A stretch of 64,000 nucleotides of DNA from Eledone cirrhosa. Taxonomy: Eukaryota. A model generated the notes under the pieces. That model made no database searches. It had not been told where the DNA came from and saw nothing but the letters and a program-made list of their open reading frames with translations. Below, one piece after another: positions 43,875-56,301 of the stretch. Position 1 is the stretch's first letter. Each line of letters starts with the position of its first letter. Location: positions 133,734,001 through 133,798,000 of the forward strand of contig OZ024740.1 of assembly GCA_964016885.1 (NCBI GenBank), given 5' to 3'. A program made the translations under genes and the position numbers.

Positions 43875-46800
43875 GTGACTGACCATGGATTTACACCTGT
43901 AAATTTCCTTTCCCAAACGCATGCCTCTTTCGTAAGACCAGTAATCTCCCAAGCATGACCTATCATCACAATAACACAGATGTTGTCCCATGGAAAGGCA
44001 AATGCCAATAGAACCTGTCACCTGTGTCGGCGCAACTCATTTTTTCCATCTGAATAGACTGAAAGCACCTGAACCCAACACCATAATGAGCCTCGAGTTT
44101 AAGGTACATGTATACATACATACATACATACAGTCAACGCGATCAATCGCATATTTTGGCGTGGGAAACTATTTATTAAATTTAAGATGAATACTATCTC
44201 CGACAGTAATGCCACAACTACAGTCATGTTGAATAACTGGTTATTCTTCTAACTATATCTTCTGAAGATAACTTTTATTCGAACTCGTAGAGATATCCGA
44301 CTAAATACATTATTCATTTTACAAGGATTTGCTACAAACAGCATGGCTGAACACAACATCAACAACAACATTAAGGAAGTTACGAAGTCCAATAACAAGG
44401 AAGGTAAACAAACTTTATTCAGTTGTAGCTACAGAAGAAACCGAAATTATAAATCGCATTTCTCTTGGAGTTGCGAACTTAATAATGATTTATTTAATTG
44501 TTATAAAATGGCAAAAAACAATCCCTCCATTGGCTATATGAACAGAATGAAGCTACACTGGGATGAAATACACCCAGAGTTAAATTATTTCACAGCGAAA
44601 CAATTACGCCAACAAGCGACGTTTGTTGAACGTAAAAATAAGATAAATATTATTAATTGTAAGTCCCCCACAACAAACATGTTATCAACAACACGTGCTA
44701 CAGGTCGCCATGCTACTAGACTTCCTAGCAGCCAGGTCGAACAGCACCTTGAAACAACTATGCCTGTAAGAAACTTGACACCACCTATACCATCTAAGTC
44801 TTCTTCGAATGCTGGGGAACACACTATCGATAATAATAATAATCGAAGAAATAATAATAATAATCGAATAAATTTGACACCACGTGTACCATCCGAGTCT
44901 ACCTCGACTGTTGTGGAAAATACTATCGATATTGATAATAATCAAAAGTATAAACAATTGAAAACTTCCATCAACGAAATCTTCCAGAGAGAAATTAATT
45001 CATGTATAAATATCTCTCTTGCTGAACGTATTAAAACAACAATGTTTAATAAAAAAAAACAAATAATGAAATATTACGTGTTATTGACGAAATAGGGGAT
45101 GAATATTTACGACGGATAAAAACTCCAACATTTTGGCAAATCAACGCCTGTTTATATGCCTTAACAACGACAGTGAAGCATTATCTTGGTAATAACAGAG
45201 ATATTAACAAGAACAGAACACCACCAAAAATACCATCATATATAACTAAAATAGAAAAAAAGATTACTAACCTACGAAAAAACATAGGATATGTGACAAT
45301 GCTCCTTAGATGCAAACAAACACAAAAAAACCTCACTCCTCACCAACAAAGAGTGAAAAATAAAACAGAGACGATGTTTGGTAACAGTAGAACCAGAACT
45401 CTCCAATATAAGCTGATCACTCTCAAACAAGAATTGAGACTGTTAGCGAAAAACGCCGATACCTGAAGAAAGTAGATGAAAGAAAAGTGATTAATAAAAG
45501 ATTCAGACGAAACTAAACATCAGTCTATAGAGATATGAAGGGCAAAATAATAAGTGTCACTGAGGCCCCATCCTAGAAAGACATAGATTCCTTTTGGAGC
45601 AAAATATGGGGTGAAAAGAATTTCAACCAAGATGCAGTGTGGCTAAGAGAAATCCGAAAGAATTATTGCTCCTATACTACAAAAACATACGAAATAAGTG
45701 AGGGTCCCCTTGAGACTGTGATAGGAAAACTCCAAGATATAAAACACCAGGAAGAGATATAATTGTCTGCTACTGGTACAACAAACTGATATTCTATCGG
45801 AGGTATCTTACTGACCTCTACCAGCAAGTCCTTAAGGGAGATACACTTATACGAGAATGGTTGACATTAGCACAAACATTACTGGTCCTCAAGAACAAAG
45901 GCACCCACTTGGCAAAAAACTGCCGACCCATTGCATGCCAGAACCTGATGTATAAGATGTATACAACCTGCCTGAACCTATTCCTCCAAGATCACTGTGA
46001 AAATAATAACATCATCACAGATGAACAAGCAGCTGGAAAGAAGGGGGTTTGGGGATGTACTGAACTGCGATGGCGGAGGTGCGACAACTTAGAAGGAATA
46101 TGGCTACAGTCTGGCTGGACTATAGGAAAGCTTTCGATTCTGTTCCCCACTCTTGGATGATAGAGGCCTTCCAACTTGCTAAAGTCCCAGACATTATTGT
46201 CAGAGCCATAGAGAGGCTGTCTCCTTCTTGGGATACTATCCTAAGGTTAAAGACAGAGAGGGAGGATTCTATTTTCACTGACAAAATAAAATATTGCACG
46301 GGTATATTTCAGGGGGACAGTCTCTGTGATATTATTCATCTTGTCATTAAACCCCTTGTCCTTTCTTCTCAAGAACTGTGAGGGATACATCATTGGCTCA
46401 CAGGAGGACAGAAATACGAACCTAACCCATAATTTCTTTGTGGACGATCTGAAAGTCTATGCCAAGAACATAGATGGGATGAAGAAAAATATTGACCTGG
46501 TTACAACGTTCTCAAAGGATATAGGAATGGAGTTTGGCATAGATAAATCTCATACATGACTGTAAAGCGGGGGAAAACAAGAACCCAATCTAGCAACATT
46601 GTCACCAATGGCCTAACTGTTTCAGCGATATCTGATGAGGACTGCTATAGATACCTGGGGATAGATGAGAATATATCCTATAATGGCATCTGTAATAAAG
46701 AACGCGTAACCAGGGAATACTACACCCGATTATGAAAGATCTTGTCATCGGAACTCTCTGCGCAAAACAAAACAGTGGCTCACAATGTGTTTGCTATGCC

Positions 46801-47990
46801 TGTCCAAACACCAACGTTTGGAATACTCAATTGGACGATAGACGAAATCAGAGTAGTTGATGTTGGAACTCGAAAAATACTAAACAACACCGGAAACGTC
46901 TACATCAACAGTGACATAGACCGCCTTTACTTGAAACATAAGCAGGGAGACAGAGGCCTAACATCAGTCCAGATGACATTTGAATGTAGCATCATATCTC
47001 TCCGACATCTACTAACCTCGAAGCGTAGGAGCCCGTTTCTTGAGCAAGTCTATCTGCATGAAACAGATAAGATCATGAGAGTTGGGAAGGAACTTCTCGA
47101 AAGATATTCCCTGTGTGATAATCAAAACCTCACACCCAGGAAAGTCGCTCAGCAGTATCACAGTGAATCCATGGAAGAAAAACTACATACTTATCAGCAA
47201 AAAATCATGCATGGATATGTTGCCAGGAAGCTCCAGAGTGAGCGTAATATAGATAAGGAAAGTAGTCTATCTTGGACCAACAACCGCTATATTGGCTCCC
47301 ACTTTGAAGGATACTCTTTTGCAATCCAAGAACAGGAGATTAACACGAAATACCTGATTCACAAAAGAGATAGGGCTGCAGGCAAAACACCTATATGTGA
47401 TAACAAGTGCAGACTCTGCAGAACTAACATCGAGGATATCACCCATGCCATCAGCAGCTGTCCAAAGATGTCATCCTATGAGGCATGATGTAGTGGCCAA
47501 AACACTGTACGATGCAGTTCGTCAAAAAGATAGCCCCGATAATAAACACATTAAAAGCTACAGCAATGTGGAAGACATCAATGTACATAATATGAAAGAG
47601 TACTGGTGGAATGTTCCAGTAAAAACCCCAATAAAATGCAGGCATAACAGAGCAGATATTATGATATGGGACAGAGAGAAGAAAGCATGCACAGTAGTGG
47701 AAATTAGCTGCCCAGCAGATGCCAATATAATATCAAAGATTAGTGAAAAGGAGAATATTTATGCAGAACTGATGAGAAATCTGCAGATACCCCACCCTGA
47801 TTACACCTTCAGATTTATGCCTGTGATTATTGGGGCACTGGGGTATGTTAGTAACTGCCTCAATACGAATCTTGAGAAGCTAGGCTTCACAGGAACAGAA
47901 AGAACACAACTAGTTAGGAAATTACAAGTACAATCCATTAATGGAACAGTAAAAATATGTAAAACATTCCAAAAATGTTGTATCTAATAA
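43875..47990 (+). mobile_element. R4/Dong-type RLE non-LTR retrotransposon, near full length, frameshifted
   Basis: N-terminal W..ELN.DL..CY..A..GYMNRMK.HWDE.HP; RT CRPIACQN, WLDYRKAFDSVPH, GIFQGDSL, FFVDDLKVY; CRLC..H..SSC knuckle, RHD.VA, RADIMIWD..VVEISCP. Confidence 0.92.
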
Positions 47991-48142
47991 CTGCATATAC
48001 ACATGTACAGATGCAAAGCATATACAGATGCACACATACAACTCAAAACATACACATCCACACATTCTATAACATACATACATACATATATATATACATG
48101 CATATATGTATACATATATATATACATACATAATATATACAT

Positions 48143-51100
48143 GATGATGGCTGCCCCCTCGTTATCGAGTATGGCCATTGCACGAGGTAAAAAAAATATA
48201 TTAATAAATAAATAAAAAATAAAATAAAATAAAAAAATAAATATATATATATACACACATACATATACATATATACACACATATATATATATACATACAC
48301 ACATATACATTAATAACAATAATAATAATAATAACAATAATAATAACAACAATAATAATAACGACAACAACAACAATAATAATATACATATATATATACA
48401 CACACACGCACACACATAAACATATCTATACACACACACACACGATAGCAACTAACAGCGCTGCGATCGAATGTGGCTTTTTAGCCCAGCCAATGATCTA
48501 AAATGTCTTGCACAGAGTCGGCAACCAAAACCTTCACTGGGAATAGCCGGCTGTGTTTGGAGTTCATGTACTTTTGCATGTCGCTTGAGCCCTGCTGCTG
48601 ATTTACATTCTCTACCACATGTTTGGCAAGCATGATAAGTAGCATCTCCAACAACAGCCTGGTAGTCAACCACTGGTCTATGACTGCGAAGATGATTTTC
48701 GAGTCCAGCTTTGCTTAGGCAGAGTCTCGCACAGACGCTGCATGTCAGCACCATAGGAGGACCCTCGCCGCCTGGAAGTGCAACAGCAATGCCCTTCCTC
48801 ACATCCCGCTTTACTTTCTTGTATGCGATTTGAGATGCCTCATGGCAACTTTTCCCTCATATACAGTCTTTCTCCATTTATTACGATCAGCAGCAATATT
48901 TTCCCATGTATCAGCAGAGGTGTTAGCGTCTTTCAAAAAGGCTTTCAAGGAATCCTTATACCTCTTTTTTGGTTTATGTGGCGGTCGTTTTCCTTTAACC
49001 AACTCTCCATAAAAGAGTTGTTTTGGTATTCTAGAATCCTTCATCCTGGCAAGGTGACCACTCCAACGGAGTCGTTGCTTAAGCACAAGAGCTTCTATAC
49101 TGTCACACATAGAGCTTTCCAAAATCTCGACATCACTGATGTGGTCCCTCCAGTGAACGCCATGGATCTGTCTGAGACACATCTGATGGAAACACTCCAA
49201 TTGCTTAAGGTGGTTTCGATATGTGACCCAGGTCTCGCAGGCATAAAGAAGACAAGAGAGCACACATGCCTTGTACACGTTTACCTTTGTCCTCCTGCAT
49301 ATGTCTCGCTGACCCCAGAGTCGCCTTTCTAGCTTTCCGAAAGCATCACTTTCTTTATTAATCCTAAGTGAGATTTCACTGTCAAGGTTGCTGTATCGAT
49401 TGACAATGCTTCCCAGGTAGACAAACTGATCAACCACTCCAAGTCATTTACCATACACAGATATTTGGTTCAGTGTCCTGCTTACCAGGGGCAGGTTGGT
49501 ACATGACGACGGTTTTCTTGAGACTGACAGTCAATCCTAGGGCAGTGCAAGCGTCAGAAAATGCATTCCAAATGTGCTGCACATCACACTCTGTGTGCGC
49601 TACAAGATCACAATCATCTGCATACAAGAGGTTCTTATGATTTGCAGCAAAGCGCCTGATGTTAAATATGCTGCCTGAGGTTCGATATCGGAATATCTGA
49701 ATGCAATACAGAAAACCATTGCAAAGTATATGGCAAACAGGGTCGGTGCTGGGATATCCCCCTGTTTCACTCCATTTTTTACTGAGATAGGCTCCGACAT
49801 GTTACCTACGACATTAACCCAAGCCTTCATGTCGTCATGGAAAGACCTAACTAAAGCAAGGAACTTATCAGGGCAACCAAGTTTCTGGCGAACCTTCCAT
49901 AATGCATCTCTGTTAACAGTATCGAAAGCTTTTGTCAGATCGACAAAAACCTGATACAGATCCAAACCTTGTTCCATGCACTTCTCCTGGAGCTGGAGCT
50001 GTCTAGCTGAGAAGATCATATCAGTAGTTCCGCGTTCAGAACGAAAACCAGATTGACTTTCAGGAAGAATACAATCTGCAATGTGTGTCAGCAGACGGTC
50101 CAGAAGCACCCTACATAAAACTTTCCCTACGACAGAAAGCAATGATATCCCTCTGTAGTTCCCACAATCATTCCTGTTACCCTTTCCCTTGTACAAGACC
50201 ACCATTACTGCATCTCTCCAGTCCTCAGGTACGGATTCATTAGCCCATATCCTGCCAAACAAAGAGTGAAGATGTTGCAGGAGTCTCTCACCACCATATT
50301 GTAGGAGCTCAGCATGTATGCCATCCATACCTAGAGACCTTCCACTGTTCAGCTTCGAGAGAGCCACTGCAACCCCCACAAGTGTCGGAGGTTCTGCGAG
50401 AGCTACTTTCACAGGACTTTCTGGAATGAGATTGAGGAAATCTTCACTGACGACAGACGGCTGATTCAAAAGACCATCAAAGTGCTCTCGCCACCTTCGT
50501 AGAATTCCTTGTAAGTCACAAAGAAGTTCTTTGCCAACCTTGCTGCGAAGCGGTGTCACCAGAGAAGAAGACGGTCCATAGACCCCACGCAAGAGACTGT
50601 ACAACAGCTTTGTGTTATTGGAATCTGACGCAGTTTGTATCGCACCAGCCTTCTCACTCCACCACTGATCGTTCATCTGAGAAAGAATCCGCCTAACACG
50701 TGATTTTACATCCTTGAGTTCCTCATGCAACGCATTCCTCTCCTGTGGTTTTGCCGTCAAGTAGCGTGACAGAGCACGCCTCTTATCAGCCAACAAGTCT
50801 TCTATATGTACATCATTCTCATTAAACCAGTCATGATGTTTTCTCTGCACCAATCCCAGAACACGCCTGCCTACATCATAAACCAACTTTTTAAGGGTCG
50901 GCCAATCCTCACCAAGATCTTCAGCCTGCATCTCTTCTTCCAATGTCCTCTTCCCATTTTTATCCTTATGACGAGCAGCATTCAATCTTTTGGGCAGGGC
51001 AACACCAGGAGCCTGGATTTTACGTTCAGTGATTAGTTTCACTTTTGCGCGTACCAGGCGGTGGTCCGTCCAGCACTCAGCTCCACGAAGAGCACGTACA

Positions 51101-52260
51101 CACTGCACATCCTGTCTGCCACGCATCCTGACTAGGACGTAGTCCAAAAGATGCCATTCCTTAGATGCAGGATGCATCCATGTGGTCTTGAATTTGTTCT
51201 TTTGTTGGAACATGGTGTTGGTAACACACAGATCCAGCTCCTAACACATCTGCAGCAGGAGCATACCATTGTTGTTACACTTTCCCACGCCATGCTTTCC
51301 GATTACATTCCATGTGTTAAAATCCCTACCCACTCTAGCATTAAAGTCACCAAGCACGATGACTTTGTCTGCCTGAGGGATATTTCTTAAAACACCTTTC
51401 AATGCATGGTAAAAGGACACTTTTTCTTCATCGACAGAATTCATAGTTGGAGCATACACACTCACCAGGGTCGCATATCTTCCTTTGTCCAGCGGAATTC
51501 TCATGGACATAAGACGCTCACTAATCCCTACTGGGAATTCTTCTAATTTATTCACAAGAACAGTCTTAACAGCAAATCCTACCCCAGCCTCTCTTCTGGT
51601 TCCTTCATCTCTTCCTTTCCAGAAGAATGTATATTCTCCACAAAATTCTGTAAGATGACCAACTCCAGCTAACCTCGTCTCAGATAAAGCCACGATGTCA
51701 AGATCGTAACGTCGAAGCTCCTTTGCAACAAGAGCGGTCCTTCGTCCAGGACGCTCCAAGCAGCGTCCGTACGTTCCAGCAGCCAAGACTAAATGCCCTG
51801 TTTGGCTCTATTACAATGGCACAATGATGAGCAGGCCCAGGCTGTGATAACCTGGGGCCCCTGCCCTTTTTGCCAATTATCTCTTTTATATTGATCTGGA
51901 ACACCATTGAATTGGATAAAAAAAAATATATATATAATAATAATAGTAATAATAACAATGCACTATTAATAATTATTAATGCACTCGTGCAATGCCTGTG
52001 CGTGACGAATATTTTTAAAGTGAGGAAAGACTGTGCACTGAGGTAATCCCACTCTCTGAGCGCCAGTAGGTATAACCCGAAAAGAAAAAAAGATCAACAT
52101 CATCGGTAACTACTGAGCCGCAGGTTTTATGTCGGAGTTAACCCAGTTTCCTGAGATGCATTCTCCTAGAAGAATTCCCTGACAAGGGCTAGCGGTTCTT
52201 CACTCCCAGTGGTTTAACTGCGCGATCGGGCATCCAGCCCGATTATTTCTATGTCCCCGC
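48143..52260 (-). mobile_element. Near full-length RTE (BovB-like) LINE, ORF broken by stops and frameshifts, three C-terminal C2H2 fingers
   Basis: CWNVRTL, ALSETRL, SVYAPT, GDFNARVG, WTDHRLV, NYRGISLLS, FVDLTKAFDTV, GVKQG, LLYADDC, RLRWSGH. 5' UTR at 52019-52260, (CAT)n-ending tail at ~48143-48186. Confidence 0.93.
48452..48760 (-). pseudogene. Triple C2H2 zinc-finger C-terminus of the RTE ORF
   Basis: CSVC..GLENHLRSH; CQTC..GLKRHAKVH; CRLC..GLKSHIRSQ (last His replaced). Confidence 0.85.
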
Positions 52261-52982
52261 GCAAAAAAACAAAAAAAAAACAAAAAAAAAACCACTTATT
52301 GAAACTTATACGTACGACATACACATACGCGCATACATACGCGCGCACACACACGCATACATACGCGCGCACACAGCAACACTCATACATACAAACAAAC
52401 ACACACACGCTACTCACTTACACACACACACATATATATATATATATTACCGTCATTACTGATACAAGATTACAAGATTATGTCAACTGTTGACTTTCAA
52501 GAGTTTGTATAGTTGAAGCCGTTCGTATTACAACCCAGTATTATTATAATTGCTTTACAGCATAGAGCTATGGCTCTCCACGCTCTGAGCTCAAATCCCG
52601 CACAGGTCAACCTTGCCTTTCATCCCCACGGAGTCAACAAAAGAGAGTACCAGTAATGCGCTGGACCAGTCGCTGGATCCGTGCCAAAAGCAGAAAAATT
52701 ATTAATATTAAAGTTGTTTTCTTAAGGCCCGGTCGCTGGTGGTGGTGGTGGTGGTGGTGGTGGCAGTTGATGTTGTTGTTGTGTTGTGTGCGTGTGTGTG
52801 TGTGTGTTTTGTTATTTTGAGTTTTTTGTTTGTTTGTGGTTTTGTTTTTATCGTTTGATGCCGCTGTTATTGTAAATGTTCATTTCAATTCATTCTGAAG
52901 CTGTTGTTGCTGTAAATATTAGTGCCGGTGTTGTTGTCGATGTTGGAGTTGAAATCTGGTCGTTTGACTGAGTTATGTATAT

Positions 52983-53019
<37 letters not shown>

Positions 53020-53107
53020 ATGTAGGAGGTGAGTTTTATTGTAGTACAATAAAGCAATGCAGATATCGGATAAGAAGCACTCTACAGTTTGTGGGACTGG
53101 AGTATGC

Positions 53108-53444
53108 ATAATATAAGATCAAAAGATGGTTAAAGGAGTTCAATATATTTTATTATGCGCATTTCAAAAACAAACATCATCAAACAATAATATTTGTGTT
53201 TTCATCAGATAAAACAGGAGAACATGATATGAAGGCTAAAAAAAACACTTGTTGATAGTGCAGTTTTAAATCAACATATGATATGTTGATTTAAAACTGC
53301 ACTATCAACAAGTGTTTTTTTTAGCCTTCATATCATGTTCTCCTGTTTTATCTGATGAAAACACAAATATTATTGTTTGATGATGTTTGTTTTTGAAATG
53401 CGCATAATAAAATATATTGAACTCCTTTAACCATCTTTTGATCT

Positions 53445-53452
<8 letters not shown>
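53108..53452. repeat. Apparently perfect palindrome (172-bp arms, 1-nt centre at 53280) in a (TA)n-bounded insertion 53019-53452
   Basis: Arms compared by eye; no mismatch found. Confidence 0.92.
53346..53412 (+). ncRNA. Type I hammerhead (mirror copy 53148-53214 -)
   Basis: TTTTAT-CTGATGA-AAACACAAATATTATT-gttt-GATGATGTTTGTTTTT-GAAA-TGCGCA-TA-ATAAAA; stem II has G-U pairs. Confidence 0.85.
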
Positions 53453-53498
<46 letters not shown>

Positions 53499-53948
53499 TC
53501 AACACAGTGTAGAGAATTTGACAACAGGTCGATGACTTTCGTCTAGATAGGGTAATGACATATGATGGTGGGGAGAGAGTGTAGACGTTATTGTGGTGGC
53601 GGCGGAGAGTGAGATGTATCTAGTTCATTTGTCCGTTTTCTTCTCTTTGCAAAATTTAAATTTTAGCCATGTTATATTGAGATGTAAGTAAATGTAAAAT
53701 GTAAAATATAAATAAGGATTGCTCTAGTAAAATATACTAAAATATTTGTGTAACTTCCACAAACTTCTGTCGTGACATTCCCGAGTCTAGTGACCAAAAA
53801 ATTGTTGTATTTTGATGTTTCAGAATACAAAAATTAATTAAAAACTTACCCCCATGAAAAGACAGCGTGTGTTGTCCTATCTAAAAGCTCCCTATACATA
53901 TAAATATATACATACATACATACATACATACAAACATACATACATACA

Positions 53949-54060
<112 letters not shown>

Positions 54061-54116
54061 TATATAAAGAAAAGTATAGAAATTGTTGTAGCGAGAAGCT
54101 AACAGTATTCCATAAC

Positions 54117-54166
<50 letters not shown>

Positions 54167-54172
<6 letters not shown>

Positions 54173-54841
54173 TAGAATTGGAGCTCTGAAATAGTCATAT
54201 ATATATGAATGTATATATAGTGTATTTTGCAATACACTTTATGCTTAATTAAAATCATTTTGAAGACCGTATGCTATTGTTTTAGAGTAGTGACAGACAC
54301 ACTTACTTTAATTTCAGCAAACAGGGGGAGATAAAGCCGACAAGGCCTTGTTTCTGCATTTGTTTATGCTTATCAAGGCTAACTACTCCTTCCCGTCTAC
54401 TGAGATCACTGATGTTATATTAAAGTAAGTGAGTCTGTCACTACTCTAAAACAATAGCATACGGTCTTCAAAATGCTTTTAATTAAGCATAAAGTGTATT
54501 GCAAAATACACTATATATACATTCATATATGTATGACTATTTCAGAGCTCCAATTCTAATTTTTAATTTCTGCCTGACCGGCAACCGCTCTGTATAATCA
54601 GTTCCTGATTATTTACTAGAATTCTATAAGAATATAACATCAGTGATCTCAGTAGACGGGAGGGAGTAGTTAGCCTTGATAAGCATAAACAAATGCAGAA
54701 ACAAGGCCTTGTCGGCTTTATCCCCCCCTGTTTGCTGAGATTAAAGTAAGTGAGTCTGTCACTACTCTAAAACAATAGCATACGGTCTTCAAAATGCTTT
54801 TAATTAAGCATGAAGTGTATTGCAAAATACACTAGATATAC

Positions 54842-54845
<4 letters not shown>
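54167..54845. mobile_element. ~321-bp tandem repeat plus inverted copy between (TA)n arrays (retrozyme/pLTR-like)
   Basis: TAAAGTAAGTGAGTCTGTC at 54421 and 54742. 54167-54420 is inverted relative to 54421-54845. Only a degenerate HHR-like motif (~54610-54645 -). Confidence 0.75.
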
Positions 54846-54920
<75 letters not shown>

Positions 54921-54930
54921 CTTATATATG

Positions 54931-55003
<73 letters not shown>

Positions 55004-55136
55004 GTGAGGTTTTTTTTTTACAAAATGAAAAATAACCGAGGTGTCCTACACGAGTGGAAGTATAAAGAAAAAGAGATGAAATCGAAAATGCAACTGGAGT
55101 CTTATTTTTTTTAAAAATATATATATTTATTTGGTT

Positions 55137-55174
55137 CCTTTACCGGTTTCGCAGTTCTTCTGCTTTTCAAAAGG
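55137..55174 (-). ncRNA. Minimal type I hammerhead of family Y, U3-A8 core
   Basis: CCTT-TTGAAAA-GCAG-aagaa-CTGC-GAAA-CCGG-TA-AAGG; all stems pair perfectly. Confidence 0.85.
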
Positions 55175-55257
55175 TGAGTTGAGATGGAGGGTCTGTGGTT
55201 TTTCTCTCTCTATATATATAGGGATTGTAACTTGGAGTTACTGCAGGTTCACCCGGG

Positions 55258-55326
<69 letters not shown>

Positions 55327-55328
<2 letters not shown>

Positions 55329-55508
55329 CAAAGAAGGTGTGGTAAGATACCAGGTGAACCATAACGCACCAGATTACTCGATACTTAGAGTAGTAGAATA
55401 GGTAATAAGAAAAGGGTCGGGACCCGGTCGGCTGAGCTCCTGCCGTTTCGACAACTAGGTCCGATCAGCTCGTATCTAGCTGTCGAAACCGCCGGAGTTC
55501 AGCCATCG

Positions 55509-55510
<2 letters not shown>
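55327..55510 (-). mobile_element. Family-X-related pLTR end with snap-back inversion
   Basis: GTGGTAAG..ACCATAACGCACCAGA..TACTC end shared with 15267, 60545, 60810 and 62023. Folds back at 55425-55508. Confidence 0.8.
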
Positions 55511-55546
<36 letters not shown>

Positions 55547-56182
55547 TTTGCTTAAACTTTAATCTGTTATTTTAATAAATATTTGCTCTACGGTTCTTAT
55601 ATATTTGATATATATTTATCCTTATCGAGCCCTCTTTGGATTTTAGTCTTCAAATTTATGTTTCATAATGAATGTTTCATAACTCTGGAGAAATTAGATA
55701 TATTCCCAATTTTTGAATACACACCTATATATAGGATAAAATAACATTTTACATATCAAATCTTTTAGAATGTATGAATAACCCAGAGTTTTAAGAATGT
55801 TATATTTTTAATTCAATGATTGAATAGCTCGCTTATATTGGGGAAACCACTGTTTAAGGAAGGAGAAAGTAACAATACTGTAAAGGAATATTTAGAAGGA
55901 TGAAAAGGGGGAAAATATGAATTGATAAATAGTTAACGAAGAAAAGACTGATCGAAGGCTTCAAAAATAAAAATAAGGGAAACAAAGTGGTAGGTATTTA
56001 CTTCAGTTTTAGAAGGAGAAGAAAAAAAGTAATCACATGGTGTTGTTTGGAGACAGTATAATAAAGGAAAGAATAGGAAGATAATCTAACTATATATATA
56101 TACATATATATGGGGGGGGGGTCCTTAGTCAAATGGCAACATGGCAGATAAATAAGTAAACATCTAGACTGACACACACACA

Positions 56183-56251
<69 letters not shown>

Positions 56252-56268
56252 GGAAAAGAAAGAGATAA

Positions 56269-56301
<33 letters not shown>

